From: Myxococcota bacterium
GTDB taxonomy: Bacteria > Myxococcota_A > Polyangia > Polyangiales > Houyiibacteriaceae
Reading direction: 5' to 3'
Length of the DNA: 64,000 nucleotides
Assembly: GCA_028284955.1 (NCBI GenBank)
Contig: JANQQS010000005.1
Coordinates: 70,007 to 134,006, forward strand
Below the pieces are notes generated by a model. That model saw only the letters and a list, made by a program, of their open reading frames with translations. It made no database searches and had not been told where the DNA came from. Below, piece by piece: positions 28,607 through 38,224 of the stretch. Position 1 is the stretch's first letter; each line of letters begins with the position of its first letter. Both the position numbers and the translations under genes were made by a program.

Positions 28607-30331
28607 CTAGCGCTCGGAAAGGTCGACAGCCATCGTCGTCGGATGACTGCTCGACGGTTTTTTAGGCCGAGCCGCGCTGATCTCTTTGCCACATCGCTGC
28701 CACCATGTATCCGCGTCTTGTTGGGTCCAGTGCGGTATGGGTACGCGCTCGAGGGCTTCGGCCAGGGCTCGTCCGGAAGGCGGACGGTCGCCAGGGCGCT
28801 TTTGAAGGCAGGCCATAATTACCGCCTCGAGCTCTGGGGGAATCGATTCGCCACCTCCTGATAACGGGCGTTCTGAACACAGAAGTTCTGAAAACGGACG
28901 CGGCGTCGACTGAAGATGGTGCGAGCAGACCTCCATGATGGTGTCCCCATCAAAGACGTGACGGCCTGCTAAAAGATAGTAGCCCACCGCGCCGAGCGCG
29001 TAGAGATCGCTTCGGGGAGACACTTTGCCGGGAACTTGAATCGCTTCGGGGCTCAGATAGTGGGGCGTTCCCATCACGAGATTTGGGTCGGTGCGATCTG
29101 TAGCGTCGGCGTCGATGCTTTTGACGAGACCGAAATCGAGGACTTTGGTCACATCGCGCTCGCCTCCCTGGTCGACGAGCATGATGTTGCTGGGTTTGAT
29201 GTCTCGGTGGATCAAGCCGGCCGCATGCGCCTCGTCGAGCGCACCCGCGGCGTGCCGAAGGATGTGTACGACGCGGGCGGGAGGCTGCCGGCCGATAGCG
29301 TCGACGATCTCCTGCACCGTCGCACCGTGTAAGAGCTCCATCGCGTAATAAAGGAGCCCATCGGGGGTCTTTCCATAGTCATAAATCCTGACGGTATGGG
29401 GATGGGTGAGTTTTGCAGTGAGCTGAACCTCGCGGCGAAATCGTTCTTGTGCCGTGACGCTCACGCGTTCTTTTCGCAGCAGCTTGATCGCTGTGGGGCG
29501 TTTCAGCATCCCATGGGTAGCCTGAAACACGACCCCCATTCCGCCTTCACCGAGCTTGTGCTCGAGGATGTACTGCCCGAGGCGTTTGATGTCGCGAACT
29601 TCTTCGCGAAGCCCGTGAATGACTCGAGAGGCCAGCGAGGCAAGGGCAATGACCAACGTCCACCACATCGTCGTGACGGAAGCCGAAGTGATCGCCACGA
29701 CTTGATTCGACTCGGGAGGCTGCTCCCAGCCGAGCGCCCTCCAATCGATCTGCGTGTCCGAATGAAGATAGTGCAGGTACATCGCGATCACGAGCGGAAC
29801 CCCCATCGCGACCCCGAGCAGGAGCGTATGCCGGGCGGAGCTCGGCACGAAGACCGCGCGAGCAAACAAAAGAAACGAAAGGACGAAGGCGGTGCTGGTG
29901 TCAGCTCCCGCCTCCGTGGGGATATGCACCCCCACCGCGATGTACAGCCCTGTCGTCGCCAGTACTCCCGCGGTTTCAATAACGACGATGGTTTTGACCC
30001 CGTGCGCGCCTTCCCGGCAAACCAACCACATCTGAGCGCAGGGGAGAATCGCAAACAACTGAAACAAAAAATCGGGGCTCCCAAGTTCATCGACTAGCGT
30101 GCCGAAAGCGAGCGCAATCAAAAGCCGACACGCAATCGCAGTCACTCCGATCAGCGCGCCGACCTGTCCGAACGCTGCCACTCGCTTTTGCAGGAACGCC
30201 CGCGACTCTACTTGCTGCAGCTCTGCTTGCTGCAGCTCTGCTTGCTGCAGCTCTGCTTGCTGCAACTCTGCTTGCTGCGACTCTGCTTGCTCTCCATGCA
30301 TCCCGATTCTCTGGTTCTCGGAAGAGGTCAC
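28607..30331 (-). CDS. Multi-TM Ser/Thr protein kinase
   Basis: LGEGGMGVV, AIK, IHRDIKPSN, DFG, YLSPE; N-terminal TM helices; (AELQQ)n repeat; GTG at 30331 overlaps upstream TGA. Confidence 0.93.
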   Translation of the reverse strand: MTSSENQRIGMHGEQAESQQAELQQAELQQAELQQAELQQVESRAFLQKRVAAFGQVGALIGVTAIACRLLIALAFGTLVDELGSPDFLFQLFAILPCAQMWLVCREGAHGVKTIVVIETAGVLATTGLYIAVGVHIPTEAGADTSTAFVLSFLLFARAVFVPSSARHTLLLGVAMGVPLVIAMYLHYLHSDTQIDWRALGWEQPPESNQVVAITSASVTTMWWTLVIALASLASRVIHGLREEVRDIKRLGQYILEHKLGEGGMGVVFQATHGMLKRPTAIKLLRKERVSVTAQERFRREVQLTAKLTHPHTVRIYDYGKTPDGLLYYAMELLHGATVQEIVDAIGRQPPARVVHILRHAAGALDEAHAAGLIHRDIKPSNIMLVDQGGERDVTKVLDFGLVKSIDADATDRTDPNLVMGTPHYLSPEAIQVPGKVSPRSDLYALGAVGYYLLAGRHVFDGDTIMEVCSHHLQSTPRPFSELLCSERPLSGGGESIPPELEAVIMACLQKRPGDRPPSGRALAEALERVPIPHWTQQDADTWWQRCGKEISAARPKKPSSSHPTTMAVDLSER

Positions 30332-31299
30332 GACTCGGGAATTCTCCACGCGATCCCGAAGCGGAAGAAGAACTCCCTCGGGAACGAGTCGATGTCAATC
30401 GAGTCGCCGGCTGCGTTCTTGGGTTCGAACCGGCGAAAGAATGCGTAGGCTCCGTAAGCCTCGAACCACAGCGACTCGTACACACGAACGCCCAAGGTAA
30501 GCCCGGCGCTGCCCACCGAGTAGGCAAGGTTGTCGAGGCAGCGGGCTGGATCGGCTGACGCGTCCGGGCCATCGACGCACGGCGGCTCGTCTCGAATGCC
30601 CGAGAAGCGAACGCCGTACTGGTTGCCGGCAAGCTCCGCCCGCCCGCCGATCTCGACGCGATGATGAGGAATGTACGTGGCGGAGAGGAACGCAGGAACA
30701 AACGTTTCTAGCCGAAACTGCGTGATAGGTTCCCACGCGAAGTAGAGCGCAGGAAGCGGAAAAAACGCGCCGAAGCTATATCCCGCAAGCCCGCCAAACC
30801 CGAAGACGAAGCGTTCTGAAAACGTTTTCGAAGCGAGAATCATTCCGCTCAGGCGAAGAAGGTCGGCATCGACAGCATGAAAATCGCCGGCGAGCCCCGC
30901 CGCAAACCGAAGCGCGAGAGACCAATCGCTCGGAAGGAGCTGAACGTACATGACGGGAATCTCGATCGAATGAAAAGCGCGCGGCGCCGTGAAGTCATCC
31001 GGTTGATTCGAAAACGAAACCGAATCGACATGATAAGCGAGACCGGGAATCAAAAACGCCCGTTCGGTAAGGCGCACCGGAACATTCAGCGCGGCATCGT
31101 AGGACGCGACTTGGGAAGACAACGGCGCCTGCTCTGGAATCTCGGTGCTCGGCATGTACTGCCCGCGAACCTCCACCAGATTCGGAAGCTGAGCCTGTGT
31201 GCTCGCAGAATCGACCACCCACAAAACACCAAGCGTAAGCACACCAAGCATGAATACTCGGTGCGCTCGCTTGAAACGGCTGCCTGAATCATCGTGCAT
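30328..31299 (-). CDS. Outer-membrane beta-barrel protein (DUF6268-like)
   Basis: Signal peptide, alternating aromatic strands, PLPALYFAW motif, C-terminal FFRFGIAWRI. Confidence 0.75.
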   Translation of the reverse strand: MHDDSGSRFKRAHRVFMLGVLTLGVLWVVDSASTQAQLPNLVEVRGQYMPSTEIPEQAPLSSQVASYDAALNVPVRLTERAFLIPGLAYHVDSVSFSNQPDDFTAPRAFHSIEIPVMYVQLLPSDWSLALRFAAGLAGDFHAVDADLLRLSGMILASKTFSERFVFGFGGLAGYSFGAFFPLPALYFAWEPITQFRLETFVPAFLSATYIPHHRVEIGGRAELAGNQYGVRFSGIRDEPPCVDGPDASADPARCLDNLAYSVGSAGLTLGVRVYESLWFEAYGAYAFFRRFEPKNAAGDSIDIDSFPREFFFRFGIAWRIPES

Positions 31300-31368
31300 C
31301 GATTGCGGTTTCGGAGTATATCGGCCTGCGACACGAGGTCCCCACGAAGTTTCTGAGGAGGTGTCCGA

Positions 31369-31932
31369 ATGACCGCTCGCCGTTCGCGCTTGTCTGGTTC
31401 CATCTTCGTTGGCTGGTTGCTGGTTGGAAGTCTCCTCGCCGCTTGCTCAGCCGAAGTTCCCGAAGCGGCGGAGGAAGAGGTCAAACGTCTTCCGACCAAC
31501 CGGTCGGTCACTAAGTGGCGGTGCTCAGATAATCTCGGCACCGCGTTTCTTTTGTCATTTGACTACGGCAGACCTACGCAATCACCGCCTGGCACCAGCG
31601 CGCGCACGTTCGTCTTCACAGAAAGCGGAGACTACGCCACCGAGACCAACGCCGCGTTTCGCGAAACTGGCGCACTCCCACCAACAGGCAGACTCATTCT
31701 CGTCACCGTGACCGTTCACGTCGCCATCGACCCTTCAAGCATTGCACTCGAATACTTTTCGAAGCCGACCCTGCTCCCCCAGAAGTCTGTGGCGATACAA
31801 AAAAGCAAAATCGACCTCGAAAACGGTGTCAAGACCGTGACGGCCTGGGAAGTTGTTTCCCGCGACAGCTTCGAGGTCCAAATCGGCGACACCGGAAATC
31901 CCTGGACATGCGTCAGGGCATTGACCGTGTGA
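31369..31932 (+). CDS. Lipoprotein of unknown function
   Basis: GAGGAGG RBS; LAAC-SAEVPEAAEEEVK. Confidence 0.8.
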   Translation: MTARRSRLSGSIFVGWLLVGSLLAACSAEVPEAAEEEVKRLPTNRSVTKWRCSDNLGTAFLLSFDYGRPTQSPPGTSARTFVFTESGDYATETNAAFRETGALPPTGRLILVTVTVHVAIDPSSIALEYFSKPTLLPQKSVAIQKSKIDLENGVKTVTAWEVVSRDSFEVQIGDTGNPWTCVRALTV

Positions 31933-31984
31933 CCGAAGCGATGACCCCTGGGACACTGCGAGCCGCTGCAAGTTCGACATAAAA

Positions 31985-33421
31985 CTACCGCAAGCGGTTC
32001 GGAACGAGCCGTTCGGGGCTCTCGACCAACCGAAGGTACGCCGGCTCGCTGATAGAAGGCGAAGAGAGCGATTCGTCTTCCACAGTGACGAAGCGACCCC
32101 ATTGCGTCTTGTCTGCTCCAGCGCGAGATGGCGTTCTCGAACGTATTCCATCGAAGAGCAAGGCGTCGCCCGAGCCCCAGTAGAGCGCGATGTGAAGACG
32201 ATGTTGGCGATCGAGCACGGGTATCGGGCGCGTGCCCCAGATTTCTCCGCCGCACATCGGTTCGTAGTAGGGCTCTGCGCGCACGACGTGGGCCTCGAGT
32301 TGCGCGCCCGTGATGCGATCGTGAAACGAGACGCCGAGACGCAACGCGGCTTGGTCCCAAACCCAGAGCATGAGTCGCGCGCCAGTATCTTCCACTCCGC
32401 TCTGCAGCTCATCACCGCTCAGATGCCAGTCGCGTTCGAAGTCGAAGGCATGCACGCGCGTCATCGTTTCTTGTTTCGCAATCGTTTTCTGTTTCGCGAT
32501 CGTTTCTTGTGTCGCTATGTGCTTGAGCGAAAAGCGAAGCGTCTCTGGCTCGAAGTCAAACTCGCCATTCGATCGCGCAGGCCTGTCTGCGCGCATGAGG
32601 TGAATGCGCTCATGCAGCTCAACTGAACGCGTGGATGCATGAAGGCCAGGTTCGCGAAACTCCACTCTCGCAGTCTCGCGCGATTTCTCATGGACCAAAG
32701 AAAACCCTCCTGGAGGTTCGAAGGGGTCGATGGCTGCGGATACATCGTTTGGCGCGCCGAACAGCAAACACGTACGCAACGCCTGCGGGCAGGTTTTCAT
32801 CCAGCGCAGCGCCGCGGTGTACCCGGCGGCCACGCCGGCTGACGAGGTCTGCCGAGATGCATTCGCCCACTCCAGCGGAAATCGCTCCACCAGGTTGGGA
32901 TCGGCGGCCGGATGGGTATCGACGAGCCATGCGTGGCGACCAAACGCCAGCGCGAACACCATGCCCGGATATTCGTGCACCGGAAGCAGGCGCACAGAGT
33001 AACCAGAAAACGAATGTGCGCCGCAGCGCGACGGGCCCGAGGGTTGCGCTACGCATAGCGAAACTTGCTCCCACTGGCCCTCGCTCCACGAAACCCACAG
33101 CGCTCGGCCATCGGGCGCAAACACATAGCGCTCGTTGCGCTCGTCGTCCGCGTACATGCTTGCACGCAAACGATGCGGCGGCGGCGCAGCCTCGATCGTC
33201 ACGTACGCCGCCGATACCATCCGCTCAACCGCCGTAACCTCGTCGCCAGATGCATCCACGCGCCACATCGGTGCGCTCGGCAGCTCGCCCGACGCCGAAT
33301 CAGTCGGCAGAGCGCAGCTGGCCATCCAAAGACTCAAGGCCCCACCGACTGACGTGCAGCGGCGACCAAGAAGACGGCGCAACGTGCAAAACCCAAAGGC
33401 CTTCGAGCTTGGTGTGGACAT
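31985..33421 (-). CDS. Probable lipoprotein of unknown function
   Basis: 478-aa ORF, MASC lipobox-like; in-frame 18-bp repeat (IAxQxT)x3. Confidence 0.65.
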   Translation of the reverse strand: MSTPSSKAFGFCTLRRLLGRRCTSVGGALSLWMASCALPTDSASGELPSAPMWRVDASGDEVTAVERMVSAAYVTIEAAPPPHRLRASMYADDERNERYVFAPDGRALWVSWSEGQWEQVSLCVAQPSGPSRCGAHSFSGYSVRLLPVHEYPGMVFALAFGRHAWLVDTHPAADPNLVERFPLEWANASRQTSSAGVAAGYTAALRWMKTCPQALRTCLLFGAPNDVSAAIDPFEPPGGFSLVHEKSRETARVEFREPGLHASTRSVELHERIHLMRADRPARSNGEFDFEPETLRFSLKHIATQETIAKQKTIAKQETMTRVHAFDFERDWHLSGDELQSGVEDTGARLMLWVWDQAALRLGVSFHDRITGAQLEAHVVRAEPYYEPMCGGEIWGTRPIPVLDRQHRLHIALYWGSGDALLFDGIRSRTPSRAGADKTQWGRFVTVEDESLSSPSISEPAYLRLVESPERLVPNRLR

Positions 33422-33603
33422 GAGCGGCCCACTTCGCAGAAAGCAGGCCGACCAAATTCACGAATCATTTCAACAGCGCTTGGCGCGCGCTGTGTCTCTT
33501 CTCACGCGGCAGCGTGGCCAGGATCCCTCGATGCCCGGAAAACTCAAGGTCTTTCAAGAATTCCATTGGCGCGGATTGTGCTTTCAACCCCTGCGCAGTG
33601 ACC

Positions 33604-34257
33604 ATGCTTCACGTCACGCGGTTTCTCGCGCCAATCATGCTGGGCATCAGCGCGTGCGCGGCTCAGGCCGACCCTCCCGCCGAAAGCGCGCCGCAAGAAA
33701 AAAACGCGGCCGCATTTTTCGCCACGATCCAGTGCGCCACAGGGGGCCTCGACGAATGCTTGTCGCTGATGATTACGACGGCGTATATCGTCAGCCAATC
33801 CATCGAATCAGCTGCAACGGCTCACGACGAGAAGCCTACCTTCCAAGTCACCGCCACCAAAGACCAGCTTTTCGATCTTGCGGCGGCAGGGTTTCGAGTT
33901 GTCGCGGCCGGAATCGCCATTGTGACGCTTCCCAAAGACACCACAGACGAGGAAAAAAAAGTCGCCGACGATGTTGCGGAAGGCATCGAACGCAGCGCGA
34001 CAGTAAAAGCCGCCCAGGAGCTCGGCAAGATCAGCGAAGCCACCCTCGACCATATCTGCAAAATCATGCGAACGCTTGTTGAAACCATTGGGGCCGAGAA
34101 CGAAGGTTCGATTTCCGTTGGACGCACCACGAGGGCGGCCAACCACTATCTGCAGCAGAGGTTGCACCATCTCAACCTCGACATGCGGCCGTGCCTGCCC
34201 TGGGAGCCGGGAGCTAGAGTTCCGCTAGATCCTCAAGACGACGACCGTCGCCGCTAG
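33604..34257 (+). CDS. Lipoprotein, helical payload with hydrophobic segments
   Basis: MLHVTRFLAPIMLGISAC-AAQADPPAESAPQEK. Confidence 0.72.
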   Translation: MLHVTRFLAPIMLGISACAAQADPPAESAPQEKNAAAFFATIQCATGGLDECLSLMITTAYIVSQSIESAATAHDEKPTFQVTATKDQLFDLAAAGFRVVAAGIAIVTLPKDTTDEEKKVADDVAEGIERSATVKAAQELGKISEATLDHICKIMRTLVETIGAENEGSISVGRTTRAANHYLQQRLHHLNLDMRPCLPWEPGARVPLDPQDDDRRR

Positions 34258-34279
34258 ACAAGCCGCTACCGTAAAGCCG

Positions 34280-35854
34280 CTACTGTAAATCTGATTGGCC
34301 GCCGTCTGGGGGCACGAGGATGTAGGCGATGCGTTCGTCGACGGTGAACTGGTTGTCTCCCACGATCACGATGCGCGCTTTGAAAAACTGTGGCTCGTCG
34401 GCTGGTGGACGCACGTCGTTTTCAAACTCGACCGTGAACTCGAGCTCGGTCCCCGCTTCGGGGCGGTCGTATCGCTCTGGGGTCAGCGATTTGATGAACT
34501 GGGTAGCGTCGAAGTCGTCCGGATTGCCGGCTACGTTTTCGAGGCGGGTGGTGATGTCGAAGGTGGTGTTGTCGACCAGTTCAGCAATCGCATCGACCAC
34601 CGTTTGATCAATACCCGTTCCGTCTTCCCGCACGGTATACACTAGCGGCTCGCCTGCATTGTTGACCGCGCCCGTATCGCGCGCGATGGCGTGGTAGTCT
34701 GGGCGCGCTCTGCCGCTGTTGTTGCTTTCGATGCTGATGACCCGTGCGCCAATCTCTTTGAGTGACGCCAGTGCCTGGGCGTAGGTCGGTGCGCCAGGAA
34801 GCGCCCCATATCGGTCGCCCCCGGTCGGACCATTGTGGAACGGGAATTCGGCGATCAGCACCACAATAGGAAGTACCCCTGGACGAAAGCACGCCACCCC
34901 AACCCGCGACCCGTCACACGAGGCCGCCTCGGTCGTTCCCCTCGGCCACATCAACGCCTGGCCACTCACCGTCGACCATAGCGCGGGAACGTGGCTTTCC
35001 GCGTCGTCTCTGCCGTTCTTGCAAGGCAGCCCCTGCACCGCGTCGACGATATCGGGAACGCCGTTGGCGCTGCCCGATATCGTCCCCACATCCGCTCCGT
35101 TCTCATCCACCGGAGGGCATTTCTCCGCCGTCGAAGCCAGCGACCACGCGCCCACGTCTTCATTGATGGGCGCGACCCTTCGAAGGAGGAAAAACGGCAG
35201 ATCGGCGGCTGCTCCCGGCACCGCCTGGTCTGTGCCGTAGCCTTTATAGGGATAATCCGAAAACCCACCAAGCCCGACCTCGGCATCGCGGATGCGCTCT
35301 TTGATGCCGGGAATCACCGTGCTCACCATGCCTTTGATCAGCACCGTGCGCTCGAGGCGCATCGAATGCGACGTGTCCATGAGCAAGAAAACATCGGCGA
35401 CGTTGGCCCGCGTTTTGACTTTGAACATGCGCGTTTCGCGGTCACCTTCGAACGGAAGCTCAAGGTAGAAGTCACCGTCCGGAAGAGCGCTATTCGGGTC
35501 GGTCGGGTTGCTTTGAAAGCCGCGTACTTCGGCGAAATCTGAGTAGCCATCGCCATCGCTATCCACCGCGTTGGGATCGGTGCCGAGCTGCGCTTCTTCT
35601 TCGTTCGAGAGATAGTCTCCGTCGGAATCGATGTCCGAGGGTACTCGCACCGGGCCGCTGGCGGTTCCGTTTCCGCTCGCCGCGCTGCCCGGCGAGCGAT
35701 CGGATATCGACGTACCGCTCGCGCAGCCGGCCAAGAACGCCATGGTCATCAAGAATGCAGCCCGGGACCCGGGACAAGGCAAAGAGATCGAAAAGAATCC
35801 ATTCACGGTTAGACAAGTTCTCCAGGGTTTTCTTGGTTGCTGGGCGGTACACAC
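34280..35854 (-). CDS. vWA-domain lipoprotein with TSP3-like Ca-binding motif
   Basis: FLAGC; DSDGDYLS..GTDPNAVDSDGDG; MIDAS DVFLLMDTSHSM; true start probably ~35750. Confidence 0.85.
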   Translation of the reverse strand: MCTAQQPRKPWRTCLTVNGFFSISLPCPGSRAAFLMTMAFLAGCASGTSISDRSPGSAASGNGTASGPVRVPSDIDSDGDYLSNEEEAQLGTDPNAVDSDGDGYSDFAEVRGFQSNPTDPNSALPDGDFYLELPFEGDRETRMFKVKTRANVADVFLLMDTSHSMRLERTVLIKGMVSTVIPGIKERIRDAEVGLGGFSDYPYKGYGTDQAVPGAAADLPFFLLRRVAPINEDVGAWSLASTAEKCPPVDENGADVGTISGSANGVPDIVDAVQGLPCKNGRDDAESHVPALWSTVSGQALMWPRGTTEAASCDGSRVGVACFRPGVLPIVVLIAEFPFHNGPTGGDRYGALPGAPTYAQALASLKEIGARVISIESNNSGRARPDYHAIARDTGAVNNAGEPLVYTVREDGTGIDQTVVDAIAELVDNTTFDITTRLENVAGNPDDFDATQFIKSLTPERYDRPEAGTELEFTVEFENDVRPPADEPQFFKARIVIVGDNQFTVDERIAYILVPPDGGQSDLQ

Positions 35855-36138
35855 AATTCACGCAAGAAACGTTCCCTTTCTCAGCCGCACCCCTGGACTC
35901 GCCCCGACTTCGCCTATGCCCCCAGAATCCTGAAGTTTTTTGCATGCCCCATGCACCTCAGCCTCAGCAAACGTCGAAGTATGAGGACAACTCGCCTGAG
36001 TCCTCTGTCTCCAGCGCCGGGGCCATCGTTCCCCTCTCCTCCCGAAAAGCGCACCCAAAAAACAAAATAAATTCGGCGGTTTGCCGATTTCAGCGCGCAA
36101 TGGAAGTCGGAGGCGCGGATATTGCTTCGAATGACCAC

Positions 36139-38208
36139 ATGGCTAGACGCGAACACAACCCCCGGACGCACGTTGGCGCTCATCGCCATGCACCGTTCCG
36201 CTTGAGCCTTCCTTTGCTCGCAGGCTCGCTGCTCGCCGGGCTCACGATGGTCTCGTGCTCAAGCTCGCCGGCCGCGGTCGAACGGGTGGCGATGCCGGAA
36301 GAGCCTTCCTGCACCAGCAACAAAGATTGCGACCCGGGCTTCTATTGCGAAACGTCGGTTGGCGAATGTCTCTCCGCGGTGCTCGAGCGGTGTGAATACC
36401 GACCGTTGACGGATGGCTTTCGCATTCGCGAGGAATGGGCCTGGTCTCAAGACGCAGAGGTATTGCCCGAGTACAACCAGATCATGATGACCCCGATGGT
36501 CGCGAATCTCACCGACGACAATGGCGACGGCGAAATCAATGCCGATGACGTGCCCGACGTCGTGTTCCATACCTTCACCGGTTTCAACTACTTGACCGAC
36601 GGCGTGATTCGAGCGGTTTCGGGAGATAGCGGAGCGCGGGTGTGGCCGGCGGCGGAGCCCGGCTTCCGGACGAACCCCGGCTCGCATATCGCCATCGCTG
36701 ATGTCGACCCCGCCTCACCAGGCCCCGAAGTGATGGCGTGTGAAGTGTGGGCTCCGAATCCCGCGATGCCGGGAGCCACCCAGGGAGCGCTGGTGATTCT
36801 GAAGGCCGACGGGTCGGTGCTCCATCGCACGCGCGAAGTGACCGGCCAGAACTGCTTCGCTCCGTCGGTAGCCGATCTCGACGGCGACGGAAACCCAGAA
36901 ATCGTCGATGGGCGAAAGATTTTCCGCGGCGACGGCACTGAGCTTCGCTCTCTTCCTGCCGGCGCCAGCACCAGCGCACTGGTCAACATTGACGACGACG
37001 AAGATCTTGAAATCATCTTCTCCGATCGCGCCTACAACCACGATGGTTCGCTCGTCTGGGAACGAGCCGCTGGCGAACCGGGCCCCGTGCGCGGCATCGT
37101 TGCCATAGCCGACCTCGACGCCACCGGAGACGGCGCGGAGCCCGAGCTCATCGTCATGGATGGAAGCACCCATTCTCTCTGGGCATTCGACGCCGGCACC
37201 GGCGCGCATCGCTGGGGCCCCTCAGATATCAACCCCGCTGGAGTGTCGCACGAGAAAGGCATCCATGGCGGCGGGCCACCACTCATCGCCAACTTCGACG
37301 ACGACCCCAACCCTGAAATCGGCGTCGCGGGCGGCTTCGCCTACACAGTATTCGGACACGATGGAGCGCGGCAGTGGCTGAAAAACACCAACGATCTTTC
37401 GTCGCGGGGTACCGGATCGAGCGTGTTTGATTTCGAGGGCGATGGCGTTGCCGAGGTGCTCTACAACGACGAACTCAACTTTCACGTGTACAAGGGCCTC
37501 GATGGTGCCGATTTGCTCAAACAGTGCAATACGAGCGGCACGCTCAGCGAATTTCCCATCGTCGTCGACGTCGACAACGATGCACGCGCCGAGGTTGTGC
37601 TCATGGGCAACAACTACGGCAATCAATCGTGCGCCGATGGAAACCCGTCGGGCAACGGCATTCGGGTACTCGGTCATCCGGAGGGCGAATGGGTCGGCTC
37701 ACGACGCATCTACAACCAGTTCTCGTACCATGTCACCAACATCAACGAGGATGGCACCGTGCCTAAGCGAGAAGATCCCCACTATCGACTTCCGCTCACC
37801 AATAGCTTTCGCCAAAACATCGCGCTTTTTGATGTTCCCGATCTGATCGCGGAGGACATCGAAGTCGGTACAGGCATGTGCCCTGAGCACCTCGACGTCT
37901 CGGTCAATATCATCAATCGCGGCGCAGCCGTATCGGCGCCCAACGTGCCTGTCAGTTTCTTTATCGTCGGCGACGACAACACGAGAACGTTCGCCGGACA
38001 AGGCAAGACATCGAAGCGTCTGAAGCCAGGAGAATTCGAGCGTGTCTCATTCGCCTACCCAGTGCCGGAGGAGCAACTCGACGCCGAGCTCCGCTTCATC
38101 GCCGCAATCAACCATCCCGACCACGAGCCGCTGACTGAGTTTCGGGAATGCCACACCGACAACAACGACTCCGACACCGCCGCAAACGAATGCAAGGCAC
38201 TCTTCTAG
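36139..38208 (+). CDS. FG-GAP/VCBS repeat lipoprotein with C-terminal CARDB
   Basis: MVSC; ADLDGDGNPEIV, FDFEGDGVAEV, DVDNDARAEV; PDLIA..NRGA..ECHTDNN; ORF track start 35755. Confidence 0.88.
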   Translation: MARREHNPRTHVGAHRHAPFRLSLPLLAGSLLAGLTMVSCSSSPAAVERVAMPEEPSCTSNKDCDPGFYCETSVGECLSAVLERCEYRPLTDGFRIREEWAWSQDAEVLPEYNQIMMTPMVANLTDDNGDGEINADDVPDVVFHTFTGFNYLTDGVIRAVSGDSGARVWPAAEPGFRTNPGSHIAIADVDPASPGPEVMACEVWAPNPAMPGATQGALVILKADGSVLHRTREVTGQNCFAPSVADLDGDGNPEIVDGRKIFRGDGTELRSLPAGASTSALVNIDDDEDLEIIFSDRAYNHDGSLVWERAAGEPGPVRGIVAIADLDATGDGAEPELIVMDGSTHSLWAFDAGTGAHRWGPSDINPAGVSHEKGIHGGGPPLIANFDDDPNPEIGVAGGFAYTVFGHDGARQWLKNTNDLSSRGTGSSVFDFEGDGVAEVLYNDELNFHVYKGLDGADLLKQCNTSGTLSEFPIVVDVDNDARAEVVLMGNNYGNQSCADGNPSGNGIRVLGHPEGEWVGSRRIYNQFSYHVTNINEDGTVPKREDPHYRLPLTNSFRQNIALFDVPDLIAEDIEVGTGMCPEHLDVSVNIINRGAAVSAPNVPVSFFIVGDDNTRTFAGQGKTSKRLKPGEFERVSFAYPVPEEQLDAELRFIAAINHPDHEPLTEFRECHTDNNDSDTAANECKALF

Positions 38209-38224
38209 GCCCTGACGACCCGGC

